Virus record (IMG/VR): IMGVR_UViG_3300013117_000371
Reading direction: 5' to 3' (one strand)
Length of the DNA stretch: 64,000 nt
DNA from: a virus
In this document: positions 9,097 to 18,034 of the stretch, piece by piece
Layout: every line of letters begins with the position of its first letter
Position numbering within the stretch: the first letter of the stretch is position 1
Translations under genes and position numbers: made by a program
The notes under the pieces: generated by a model
The model's input: the letters and a program-made list of their open reading frames with translations, nothing else
What the model was told of the DNA's origin: nothing
Databases searched by the model: none

Positions 9097-10166
9097 GTCT
9101 TTCTCCTTTTCGATTGGCACACGCTGCGAAGACAAGCGAGGAGAGCTTCTGCTGCCCCCATCGGGTCCACCTTACGATAGCGCAGCTGCTGCTTCTCAGC
9201 GAGTGCATGGGTGATTGCTGCTGCAAACGTCTCAATTGACAAATCCGGGCAACACAACGGGGGAGGGTGCTTATCTATGTTCCCCACATTGGTTGAGACT
9301 ACTACGTTGCACCCCAACTTGGCCGCCTCGGCGTACAAATTGGGGGAAGGGTCGTACATGGAAGGGATGACTACTACTCGCGAGTTGCCCAAAAGCGTCA
9401 ACATGGTAGCGTGGTCGACCAACCCGAAGTCAATGACGTTGGGCAAGGGCAGGTTCAGCCGGTCACCGCATACGGCGATGCGCACTTGAGGAAACCGCCG
9501 AGCGACCGCCTCCAGCAGCCCCCGGTTTTTCATCCTCCGCCCCCAATCCGAGGCGGAGAAGCACAAACCGAACTGACGCTCCCGGTAGGGGCGGGCCCAT
9601 TCACTGTTGATGGGAGGCACAGCAATATCCGGAGTGTAAATAACCGAGTCCCGGTGGATCTTGGCTACCAACTTCGCCGGGAAATATTTACGGTAGTAGG
9701 CCAAATCGATGGTGCTGTGAACAAGTACGTGGTCGGCACTCCCAAACGCTACGAAGTCGTTGTTGCCCTCAGGCGGGGGCTCCTGGACTTGGTGGTAGGG
9801 CTTGCCTGAGCGCGAGATGAAGTCTACTCCCGACGTCAGGTACACTTTGGGTACGTCGGTGCGTTTCCGCAGCACCCAAGGCGCATCGTAGTTCTTCCCT
9901 ACCATCACATCGAAATCACCCGCAAGAAGGGCTGGGTCATCCCGTTGGCACCACCCTGTAGCCCGAATTCCCCCGATCCGGTCGGGGTCGCTCCAGTTGC
10001 CGGTGATGTCGTAAGGAAGGCCCAGATGCCGGCATTTGCCGCAGTGGTCAATAGCTACCCCCAGCACCCCGCACCCCAATTGCCGCAAACGCTTCACTGT
10101 CTCGTACGCCTCAGTAGAGGCGCCCCCGTAACCAGGCGGTTGGTTCCACACATAGCAAATCCGCAT
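9042..10166 (-). CDS. GT-B glycosyltransferase (family 4-like)
   Basis: MRICYV...GYGGAS, VVVIPSMYDPSPNLYAEAAKLGCNVVVSTNVG (EX7E-like motif). Confidence 0.8.
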   Translation of the reverse strand: MRICYVWNQPPGYGGASTEAYETVKRLRQLGCGVLGVAIDHCGKCRHLGLPYDITGNWSDPDRIGGIRATGWCQRDDPALLAGDFDVMVGKNYDAPWVLRKRTDVPKVYLTSGVDFISRSGKPYHQVQEPPPEGNNDFVAFGSADHVLVHSTIDLAYYRKYFPAKLVAKIHRDSVIYTPDIAVPPINSEWARPYRERQFGLCFSASDWGRRMKNRGLLEAVARRFPQVRIAVCGDRLNLPLPNVIDFGLVDHATMLTLLGNSRVVVIPSMYDPSPNLYAEAAKLGCNVVVSTNVGNIDKHPPPLCCPDLSIETFAAAITHALAEKQQLRYRKVDPMGAAEALLACLRSVCQSKRRKTWLSKSTCLSTSPRFSLR

Positions 10167-11914
10167 CAGTCGATAAACTCCCGAAACCATAACTCCAGCG
10201 AAACCAACTTGTACAGCTGACGGTCGAATTCCCCCCGTCTCAATTTAGTGTGCACGTTAGGGTCGTGCGGGAGGCGCCTGCGCAAGCCTCGAACCAACTC
10301 GTCCGCCCACTCCGTAAGTGGCCCCTGAAGCCAACGAGTGGCCGGCACCACCAACCCTTTTTTGTCCGCCCGCTCCGTGACTGAGGAGGGGACCCCGATT
10401 CGCCGACCAACCTCGCGCAGAATCCACTTAGTCTGCCCCTCAACCAACTTCAAGTGCGGGACAGAGAAACAGAACTGCATGACGTTGGGGTCCAAGTAGG
10501 GGCAGAACGCCTCCAGCCCAAATGCGGTGGCGTCGCTCGCGCCCATGTGCATCTGCGCGGGGTAGGTAAGGTTAAACTCTACGTTGCCGAGTGAATTGGG
10601 GAGCTGCGGGAACTCATTGAAGTACCTAGTCACCTGCTCTCGCTGCTCCCGTCCACTAGTAGGGGAACGATCCGTAACTCGGAGGTGCTGCTCCAGCGGC
10701 GACGCTTCAGCCAACTCTGGAGTTGCCCATAAGTACTCAGCCAACGGCCGGTAGGCATGGCAAGAAGTGGCACCAAGGAACTGCTCCGTCAAGTCCCCCT
10801 CACCCGCATGCTGCGCCCCGTACATGATAAGCAAATGCCGAATGTACCCACTGAGGAGCTCATCCGGCCCATGGCCAAAAACGCAGGAAGAGAAGCCCAA
10901 CTCCTGCGTCTTCTTTGCCATCATGAAATTGGAGATAGGGGAGAAAGTGGCAACGATGCCCTCAAGGTTCCGAATGATTTCCGGGAAGTACTTCCTGAAA
11001 TCATCTGCCGTGGGGCGGACGTAGTGAACTCCGGCCCCAATGGAGGCAGCCACCGCAAGGGCGTACTCAAGCTCGTCGAAGGCATCCCCGTACCCTTCGT
11101 AGGTGTTGACAATGACCTGTTCTGGGCGCATCAGCGCAGCCAAGACCGCCGAGTCCAGTCCCCCTGAAACGGTGAAGCCCTGGTTGTCCCGGCGGCAAGT
11201 CTCCGCCGACTGGCGCAGCAACTGCTCAAAAGCAACCACACTTTGCGTGGGGGAGCCCTGCACAAGGGGGACACGCGGGTGCCAGTACCGGATAGCCGCC
11301 GGCGTCGTTGACCCCCAAGCGAAGTGAACAATGTGCTGCGCGGGGACCTGGTGGATACCTTCAAACATCGTTGCAGCAGCAACGGGGAATTCGAAAGTCC
11401 ATAAATCCTGGGTAATATGGGGAACGGCGGGCACCAAAGTCAACAAGGAGCTAATCTTGTTGGCAAAGAGCACACCTCCCTTCTTGTCGACATGGTAATA
11501 GAGAACACTGCCCCACGCTGGGTCAACTGCCAACCACAGCCCTTCGAAGGTTTGCACTACCAGGGCGAACAACCCACGCAACGCAGACACCGTCAGGTAC
11601 ACCCCCATTCCTTCAACCAACGCCCGCACTACTTCTGCGTCGCCGGCCCCCTTCTTGTGAGGAACGTGGGTGGCAATAAGGGCTTCCCGATTTTGTAAAT
11701 AGCCGGAGAAGAAAACAGTAGCGTCGCCCAGGGACAAGGGCCCGCTGGAAACAGTGGGGGGGAGCGTAGCGGCCAAGGCCATCTCCGTACCCTCCTCATA
11801 AAGGAGCGGGGCCCCTCTTCCATACCGGTGACGACAAACCGACACCATCGCCCGAGGGTCACCCTCCCGACGATATACTCCGGCGTAAATCACAAATCCT
11901 CCCAATGCGCTCAA
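10166..11914 (-). CDS. Asparagine synthetase (AsnB)-like amidotransferase without an N-terminal catalytic Cys
   Basis: SGYLQNREAL, LRGLFALV, VSGGLDS, FGHGPDELLSGY, CPYLD, KWILRE, DKKG. Starts MSALGG (or MIYAG from a GTG at 11893) rather than MCG. Confidence 0.85.
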   Translation of the reverse strand: MSALGGFVIYAGVYRREGDPRAMVSVCRHRYGRGAPLLYEEGTEMALAATLPPTVSSGPLSLGDATVFFSGYLQNREALIATHVPHKKGAGDAEVVRALVEGMGVYLTVSALRGLFALVVQTFEGLWLAVDPAWGSVLYYHVDKKGGVLFANKISSLLTLVPAVPHITQDLWTFEFPVAAATMFEGIHQVPAQHIVHFAWGSTTPAAIRYWHPRVPLVQGSPTQSVVAFEQLLRQSAETCRRDNQGFTVSGGLDSAVLAALMRPEQVIVNTYEGYGDAFDELEYALAVAASIGAGVHYVRPTADDFRKYFPEIIRNLEGIVATFSPISNFMMAKKTQELGFSSCVFGHGPDELLSGYIRHLLIMYGAQHAGEGDLTEQFLGATSCHAYRPLAEYLWATPELAEASPLEQHLRVTDRSPTSGREQREQVTRYFNEFPQLPNSLGNVEFNLTYPAQMHMGASDATAFGLEAFCPYLDPNVMQFCFSVPHLKLVEGQTKWILREVGRRIGVPSSVTERADKKGLVVPATRWLQGPLTEWADELVRGLRRRLPHDPNVHTKLRRGEFDRQLYKLVSLELWFREFID

Positions 11915-13124
11915 CGAGGCCGTGGAACCGGCTGGCCCAACTCCAGGACCGCTGCATTACTTCGCGGTTTTTCCGTCCCCACTTCCGGTGCAGGGCAGCG
12001 CACGCCTTGAATGTCTCCAAGGCCTCGACAATGCCCGCCACTGAATCCTCCAAAATGAGCACGCCCCCCTGGGAGCAGGCGTGGATCTCCGGGACTAAAC
12101 CTACGGGAGTTGAAATGTAAGGCAGCCCCGAAGCCGCCCCCTCCATGATCGGGTTGGGGGTTCCTTCGCTGGTGGAAACACAGACAATGGCTGAAAGTCC
12201 TCGGTACCACTCAGGCATGGCTACGTAGGGAATCCTCTTTCGCGCGATGTCGGCGACGACTAGCTCCACCCCTGAAACTTGCGCTGCCGCCTCCTCTAAT
12301 TTCTGTAAGTTCTTTACTCCTCGCGCCACTTTGGAGTTCCCTGCCCAACCAACCCGAAGAACGGGAGACTTCAGCCGATTAACTGAAGGGGTAAACATTC
12401 GTGCATCTACCCCATCAGACATGTACTCAATAGGCCGCCCCAACACCTCGCGCAATTCCTCCACCAGCAGCTGACTTGCCCCCGTGATGATGTCCGCCCG
12501 CTCAACTGCTGTGTCGAACTCAGTTCGGTGCCGCTTCCACAGATAATGGCTGTACACGCAAAGGACCAAAACGGCCTCTTTTGGGAGCAGGGGAAGGACG
12601 TTGCTTGCTGCCCGCCAACGGATTAACGTAACTACCTCGTACCCCCGCAAATCCGGAATTGCCGCCGACGGCACTATTTCCACATGCCATGAAGGGGGAA
12701 AGTTAGCCGCCATATGACGAGCAATATTGTGGAAGACCTCTTCCGGCCTATGATAAACCAGTAGGGCCCTCCCCGTAGTACCCAAGCTCAGGGGGAGTGC
12801 CGAGAGTTCGCTCAGAGTAACTTCGACATCCGCAGCTGCCCGAGGTCTACCAGAACTTGTGTCCAAGGGCTTTTTCTGGGCCACTGCTGCTCCACCTGCA
12901 ACGAACGGGGAGGGGGGGCTGCGCTTAACAACCCCCCCATGCCGTACCGGTGTCTTCGCTTCACAAGGGGAGGGGCCCCCCCGATGATTGGGCGAAACCA
13001 ATGGGCGGCCCCCAGGCCCCCTCACAAGTACAGGGCCTTTCTTAGAGGGGCGACGTTTCCCCCTCTTTTTTGCCCGCTCCCCTACGAGTGTCCTAGTAAT
13101 TTTCACGTTGTCGGACCGGGCCAT
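11859..13124 (-). CDS. GT-B glycosyltransferase (family 4-like) with basic N-terminal extension
   Basis: DGVDARMF, LRVGWAGN, VCVSTSEGTPNPIMEGAASGLPYISTPVG; first ~95 aa are Lys/Arg/Pro-rich. Confidence 0.85.
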   Translation of the reverse strand: MARSDNVKITRTLVGERAKKRGKRRPSKKGPVLVRGPGGRPLVSPNHRGGPSPCEAKTPVRHGGVVKRSPPSPFVAGGAAVAQKKPLDTSSGRPRAAADVEVTLSELSALPLSLGTTGRALLVYHRPEEVFHNIARHMAANFPPSWHVEIVPSAAIPDLRGYEVVTLIRWRAASNVLPLLPKEAVLVLCVYSHYLWKRHRTEFDTAVERADIITGASQLLVEELREVLGRPIEYMSDGVDARMFTPSVNRLKSPVLRVGWAGNSKVARGVKNLQKLEEAAAQVSGVELVVADIARKRIPYVAMPEWYRGLSAIVCVSTSEGTPNPIMEGAASGLPYISTPVGLVPEIHACSQGGVLILEDSVAGIVEALETFKACAALHRKWGRKNREVMQRSWSWASRFHGLVERIGRICDLRRSISSGG

Positions 13125-13144
13125 GACTCCCCCAATTCATTTAA

Positions 13145-13173
13145 GTTTTACACTATTACTCCCCCGTGCGCAA
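13145..13173 (-). promoter_or_regulatory. Promoter for the modification operon
   Basis: TTGCGC-N17-TAAAAC upstream of the GT start. Confidence 0.45.
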
Positions 13174-13202
13174 CTCAAAACTTTCGCCCCATCTGCTATA
13201 AG
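13174..13202 (+). promoter_or_regulatory. Promoter of the TATAAG class
   Basis: CTCAAA-N17-TATAAG with TGC extension, at the start of the + strand block. Confidence 0.5.
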
Positions 13203-13262
13203 AGAAATGGGAGGAGGGAATTGCCCTCACTCCCAAAATAGGCTATTTTTATGGAGGGTTAA

Positions 13263-13820
13263 ATGCGCAGCAACTACTGGTTCTTAGTGGAGGTAAGCGG
13301 GGTACCACAACGATACGTCCACGAGCAAGTCCGACTTCTGGCAGGCAAAGTCCAAGGCATAGAAGGGGAAAACTGGGACAAAGAAAGGCAGAAGAGCTCC
13401 TTTGAAACAACCTGCCTAGAACTCCTCGGCGACCCAAACGAGCTTGCTCAGGGCATCGCTACTGCCATTGTCGAGGAATTCTCCTACCTGCGGGTTTCGG
13501 TGACGACCTACCAAAGAGAAGAACGCCGGATCTCCGTGACAACCAAGGAGGGAGCACCCCCGAACTGCCCGCCGGGGGCATTCTACATGCGTCAGGTGGA
13601 GGGGGAGGACGGACCCTACATGGTTTACGGCGAGGTCTTCGAACTTCGGGGGTTGACTGGCGCCCCCGAATTACCGGACCCGGAGTTCCGGGTGGTGCAA
13701 ACGTGGTCCCGGAACTGCCCAGCGGTAGGAATATGGGGTGTAGAGCACCCCGTAAATATGACTCGGGTAACCCGTACGCAGTTCCTCCGGGGGCTCCAAG
13801 AAGTTAGAAGGAAATCATGA
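13263..13820 (+). CDS. Hypothetical protein
   Basis: 185 aa ORF after GGAGG SD; first gene of the + block. Confidence 0.7.
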   Translation: MRSNYWFLVEVSGVPQRYVHEQVRLLAGKVQGIEGENWDKERQKSSFETTCLELLGDPNELAQGIATAIVEEFSYLRVSVTTYQREERRISVTTKEGAPPNCPPGAFYMRQVEGEDGPYMVYGEVFELRGLTGAPELPDPEFRVVQTWSRNCPAVGIWGVEHPVNMTRVTRTQFLRGLQEVRRKS

Positions 13821-13916
13821 GATTCAGAGCCAATCACCAACCTCACCGCAGACAACGCCAAGCCTGGGCAAGGTGCTCGTGTGGAGGAGTTGCTGCTTGC
13901 TTACTGGAGGGTGCCT

Positions 13917-14939
13917 ATGGCAAGCCGGAACATGGAGCTGTCTCAAAAGCAACTGCGTGAGCTGAACCGAGCCAAGGCTGGGGACTTCTCGGCTTACGAC
14001 AAAGTCATCATCGCTTTTAGCGGTGGGAAGGACTCCCAAGCCAGCACGATGAAGTTGCTGGACCTCGGGTGCCCGCCAGAGCAAATGTACCTGTGGCACC
14101 ACGACGTGGAGGGCGGGGCCACCCCCTTCTTTGATTGGCCCTGCACGTCCGACTACTGCTGCGCCGCCGCTGAGCAGCTGGAAATCGACCTCTACTTCTC
14201 GTGGAAGGAAGGGGGCTTTCGCAGGGAGCTACTACGAGACAATGAGCCCACTGCCCCCACCTCTTTGGAGTTGGTTGGGGGCGGCATCGCCCGCACAGGC
14301 GGGAAGGGCCCCAAGGGCACCAGGCGACGGTTCCCGGCCATCGCTGCCGACCTGACCCGGCGCTGGTGCTCAGCCTACCTCAAAATCGACGTGGGCGACA
14401 AAATCTTCGCCAACGACCCAACCTTCGCACGGGGGTTCTTCCTGTTCGTCACCGGAGAGAGGCGAGAGGAATCCCCTGGTCGGGCCAAGTACTTGGAAGC
14501 GGAAAACGATCGGGCCTCCACCAGGAAGCGAATCATCACTCACTGGCGGCCGGTCATCGACTTTCCTGAGAAGCAAGTGTGGGACACCATCAAGAACTAT
14601 GGGGTCAACCCCCATCCGGCGTACCACCTGGGCTTCGGCCGGCTGTCTTGCGCTGCCTGCATCTTCGGCAACCCAGACCAGTGGGCCACCGTACGGGAAC
14701 TCTTCCCGGAACAGTTTGCTGAAATTGCCGAGTACGAAGTGGCATTGCGGCATACACTGCGCGACGGGACGACCCTTCCCGAACTCGCTGATAGGGGAAC
14801 CAGCTACCTCAGGTGGCTCCCCCACTCGGCAGCCTGGGCCATAGAAGCCGGGCGCAGTCACCAGTACAATCACCCCATCACTACGGACCCATGGGAATGC
14901 CCAACGGGCGCCTTCAAGAAGGGCGGAGGACCAACATAA
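13917..14939 (+). CDS. PAPS reductase-like (PP-loop) protein
   Basis: IIAFSGGKDS, RWCSAYLKI, TGERREES, RLSCAACIFG; GGAGGG SD before the ATG at 13917. Confidence 0.85.
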   Translation: MASRNMELSQKQLRELNRAKAGDFSAYDKVIIAFSGGKDSQASTMKLLDLGCPPEQMYLWHHDVEGGATPFFDWPCTSDYCCAAAEQLEIDLYFSWKEGGFRRELLRDNEPTAPTSLELVGGGIARTGGKGPKGTRRRFPAIAADLTRRWCSAYLKIDVGDKIFANDPTFARGFFLFVTGERREESPGRAKYLEAENDRASTRKRIITHWRPVIDFPEKQVWDTIKNYGVNPHPAYHLGFGRLSCAACIFGNPDQWATVRELFPEQFAEIAEYEVALRHTLRDGTTLPELADRGTSYLRWLPHSAAWAIEAGRSHQYNHPITTDPWECPTGAFKKGGGPT

Positions 14940-15341
14940 TGCCGAAAATCATCACCGAAACAGAGCTTGCCGCGCTGGTAGCGGACCTCATCTGCGACCC
15001 CGCCAGCCGAGGGGAGGGGATGGACCGCGACCGGTACACTCGGTTCCTCCGGGACATTGCGCAGACCGTAGCCAATCACTGCGGCGGAGAAGTAACGTGC
15101 ATCCGGCCGGGGGACGCTCACCCGGACCGAGTCACGGACGCTCGCCTGATTGGCATAGACAAAGGGAATCTGGATTACCACTGGCAACTCCACATCGCCC
15201 CCAACGAGTGCCTGCCTTCCCCCGGTGACGGGGTGTGGGGCAAGGCTCGACGACTCATTTGAAGCTACAGACGGCGTTCGCTACGACGAGGAACACCCCC
15301 CCCTGGACAAGTTTGCTGAAGCCGAAAGTGTCCGCCGCTGA
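14939..15341 (+). pseudogene. Hypothetical phage protein with an apparent +1 frameshift at G4 15237-15240
   Basis: The annotated frame stops at 15262. Removing one G continues it as WARLDDSFEATDGVRYDEEHPPLDKFAEAESVRR* and fills the gap before the next gene. Confidence 0.45.
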
Positions 15342-15369
15342 TGGAATCTAGAACGGAGGTATTCCAGAC

Positions 15370-15756
15370 ATGAAGAAGCTAGTTGACGCATGCAAAGCCC
15401 TCGTTCAGGCGTACAAGAACGGGGAAAAGTCGGGGGGTTCTGTCGATTGGCAGGATCTCGACGACGCACACGTACTGGCCGTGGCAGCCTTGGGGGAAAC
15501 GCCCCGGGTCCACGTGGCCGTCATCACCTATCTGGGGGACTCCCCCACCGTTTTCATCACTGCTACCGAAGATGGTATGACCAACCGTCTGCACGAGTAT
15601 GCAATGGAGGACTGGGAAGACGTCATGGGGAGCCCCCGAGAGGAAGCCCCAAAAGACAAAGATGCGGCTATCTCCGCCTACTTCGAGCAGCAGGGGGAAG
15701 ACGAACGGGAGTGGCTGGAGGAGTCCATCAAGTACCTGGAGGACCTCAATGATTGA
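15370..15756 (+). CDS. Acidic hypothetical protein
   Basis: ORF with GGAGG SD, overlaps next gene. Confidence 0.7.
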   Translation: MKKLVDACKALVQAYKNGEKSGGSVDWQDLDDAHVLAVAALGETPRVHVAVITYLGDSPTVFITATEDGMTNRLHEYAMEDWEDVMGSPREEAPKDKDAAISAYFEQQGEDEREWLEESIKYLEDLND

Positions 15757-16255
15757 CGAAGACAAAAGCGAGGCACAGAAGATCGCCGAAGAGCAAAGCC
15801 TCATTCCCCGCTGCCCTTTCTGCGGGAGCACGGAAGTCTACCATAACACCAACGTCCCTCGTTCGGTGGGGATTGCTCTTGTAGCTACAGACGGACACGG
15901 CGACGTCCACACCATAACCGAGTGGACGGGAGTGGACGGAACCTTCTACGAGGAGGAGGAAGCAGATCCTAAGGGGAAATACTACTGCGAAACCTGCGGG
16001 GCAAAGGGCAATTCCTTAGTCACTCGGCGGAAACGCCAGTGGCTCAAACAGCGGGGAGGCGCTCCCCCACTTCCCTCCCTGGTCGACACCCAAGGACTGA
16101 GGGACACCATCAGCGACCCAGACGAGCCTATTGACAAACGGGCACGAATAGCCCGAGAATTATCTATGGCCTACATGGCGTTCGCTAAGGTGCTGGTGCT
16201 CACTGACGACCCTCGGTGGGACGAACTCGATGAAGCGGCCAAGAAGAGGGGCTAG
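15749..16255 (+). CDS. Zn-ribbon hypothetical protein
   Basis: CPFC...CETC pairs; ATG at 15749 overlaps the upstream stop. Confidence 0.65.
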   Translation: MIDEDKSEAQKIAEEQSLIPRCPFCGSTEVYHNTNVPRSVGIALVATDGHGDVHTITEWTGVDGTFYEEEEADPKGKYYCETCGAKGNSLVTRRKRQWLKQRGGAPPLPSLVDTQGLRDTISDPDEPIDKRARIARELSMAYMAFAKVLVLTDDPRWDELDEAAKKRG

Positions 16256-16269
16256 CGAAGGGGGAAAGA

Positions 16270-16572
16270 ATGAAAGTCTGGGGGTTGTGGTACGGGGGGA
16301 GCAGCTATGCAACCCCTGAGAGGAGCGACCTTGAAGAGTTTCCCAGCATCACCGGCGCCCGGGAGATCTTCGAGTGTCGCGGAGACGGGTGGGACCCCGT
16401 CACGCGGAGTCGGTGCCCTTGCGTCGACGCCGGCGCAAGTGCTTATGAGTATGGGCACGGCGCTGAAATGCAGCTATTCTTCGACAAGCCTCATTTGGAT
16501 GACCCCTACTGGTACCCAGACCGCATCATTCGTTTCGGGCCTCGGGGAGGGGTACAGGTAATCCCATGCTGA
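16270..16572 (+). CDS. Small phage hypothetical protein
   Basis: ORF with SD; WGLWYGGSSY start. Confidence 0.65.
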   Translation: MKVWGLWYGGSSYATPERSDLEEFPSITGAREIFECRGDGWDPVTRSRCPCVDAGASAYEYGHGAEMQLFFDKPHLDDPYWYPDRIIRFGPRGGVQVIPC

Positions 16573-16823
16573 AGAAAGATTTCCTGTGGTTGCTACACCA
16601 CACCAAGAAGCCTGTACGGGTGTTCGTCACCAGCACAGTCAAGGGAGCCCACTCGGTGTGCCTGCGGGGAACGAAATTCCCCGACCAGCTACCGGGAGGG
16701 CCCCGCCTCACCAAAGCTGGAACCAAGTGCCAACTCGAGTTGGTGGTTGGTTCCCGAACCAAGGCATACAGAATAAGAGACAAGTACGCCGGATGGATGG
16801 CGACGGCCTGCAAGGAGGAGTAA
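16566..16823 (+). CDS. Hypothetical protein
   Basis: Coupled to both neighbours. Confidence 0.55.
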   Translation: MLKKDFLWLLHHTKKPVRVFVTSTVKGAHSVCLRGTKFPDQLPGGPRLTKAGTKCQLELVVGSRTKAYRIRDKYAGWMATACKEE

Positions 16824-17155
16824 TGGCAAAACCAACACCGGAGCTGGACAAGCTCCTGGCGAACAAGGTGAAAAGAGACCTCGCTCAGGAGTTCTATGAT
16901 TGGATAACGGAGGGGAAAGGGTGGGTTTTCTGCAAGTACGTCGAGGACGCTCCTGACCCGGAATACGCAGATGACCCCGACTGCGTCGACGAAGACGGGC
17001 TGTGGGTTGGGCCCACCATACCAACGTTCGTCCCCATTCGCCTCAAGCCGGAAGAATTCATTGCTGATTTCCTCGGCATCGACTACGCCGGCTACTTGGC
17101 AGAAAGGGAGGCCATCTTCCAAGAAGTGCGGGAAGAGGCAAAGAAACGGGAGTAG
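16823..17155 (+). CDS. Hypothetical protein
   Basis: TAATG coupling and AGGAGG SD. Confidence 0.7.
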   Translation: MAKPTPELDKLLANKVKRDLAQEFYDWITEGKGWVFCKYVEDAPDPEYADDPDCVDEDGLWVGPTIPTFVPIRLKPEEFIADFLGIDYAGYLAEREAIFQEVREEAKKRE

Positions 17156-17158
17156 CCC

Positions 17159-17398
17159 ATGTGCTCGAAGTGCCCCCTGTGGGACTACGAACTGACCTGC
17201 GGGCACACAGTGGTGCGCGAAGACCCCCCGTACTCCGGGTTGACCGTGCACTGCAAAGTGTGCGGGGAGTACCGGGACTTCGTCACCGTCGCCTTCGGAA
17301 ACCCAATGGCCTTCGTGCTCAAAAAAACACTGGGCATCGAGGTCGAGCCCCTGTGGTGGTACCGCAGGGGCGACGAACCAACTGAGGAGGACCAATGA
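17159..17398 (+). CDS. Small Cys-rich Zn-finger-like protein
   Basis: CxxC, CGH, CKVC. Confidence 0.6.
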   Translation: MCSKCPLWDYELTCGHTVVREDPPYSGLTVHCKVCGEYRDFVTVAFGNPMAFVLKKTLGIEVEPLWWYRRGDEPTEEDQ

Positions 17399-17757
17399 AT
17401 ACTGAATTCACCATCGCCATGCCATGGTACGACAGCACCGGCAAGCTCCGTTGCTCCCTCGTAGTGGGCGGAGAGGAGTACGATTTCTTTGTGAGCAACC
17501 AGGACGACTGCGAGGGGGAGATCCCCCACGTTGTGGAGTTCCACCCCCAGGACCAGTTCTGCACCTTGCACGGGCCCGTCACCCGGGACGTGCAGACCGC
17601 ACTGCGTAGAGTGGTCTCTCCTCCCCACAAGGAGCACGGGGGTTTTTGGGGGCACTACCCCGACCACCCTGTTGGCGACTGGCAAGATGAGGTCGCGGCC
17701 GGCAACACCCGCCTGGGATACTGGGAGTGGGTAGGAGTCCAGCTGGAGCTCGCATGA
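17395..17757 (+). CDS. Hypothetical protein
   Basis: ATGA coupling, GAGGAG SD. Confidence 0.7.
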   Translation: MNTEFTIAMPWYDSTGKLRCSLVVGGEEYDFFVSNQDDCEGEIPHVVEFHPQDQFCTLHGPVTRDVQTALRRVVSPPHKEHGGFWGHYPDHPVGDWQDEVAAGNTRLGYWEWVGVQLELA

Positions 17758-18005
17758 GCAGCGCACTTGCGGAGTATCACAAGTTCCTCAAGGGCCCCAT
17801 AGCAGCAAAAATCGTCCCCGGGACGAAGCTGTTTCTTCGTTACTATCACACCCAAGGTCGATTGCTGCACATCCGAGCGATAGTAGACATGGAGTACGTC
17901 GTCTTTCGCTATTGGGCAAGAGCCCGCTGGAACTACGAGGTCCGGGATATGACCCTGTTCTTCGTGAGCCAGGAAAACATTGAATTCAGAGGTAAAAGCC
18001 AGTAA
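17754..18005 (+). CDS. Hypothetical protein
   Basis: ATGA coupling. Confidence 0.6.
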   Translation: MSSALAEYHKFLKGPIAAKIVPGTKLFLRYYHTQGRLLHIRAIVDMEYVVFRYWARARWNYEVRDMTLFFVSQENIEFRGKSQ

Positions 18006-18034
18006 ACGACCACTCCGCAAGCGAAGGAGGCCGC

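Noticed and set aside
4559-11914. Lasso peptide or other RiPP cluster (AsnB-like + transglutaminase-like + 80-aa protein + radical SAM + ATP-grasp)
   Set aside because: The transglutaminase lacks the B2 protease CL...AHAW pattern, the 80-aa protein is not recognisably PqqD/RRE-like, no precursor is visible, and the AsnB-like protein looks like polysaccharide amidotransferases. Ugd and two GTs point to glycans. Not fully excluded.
11859-13124. Eukaryotic virus origin suggested by NLS-like KKRGKRRPSKK and glycosylation genes
   Set aside because: Shine-Dalgarno sites, sigma70 promoters, operon coupling, bacterial-type tRNAs and a tailed-phage terminase all indicate a bacteriophage.
13917-14939. 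Complete Dnd/Ssp phosphorothioation system
   Set aside because: Only the PP-loop gene is present; no partner genes nearby.
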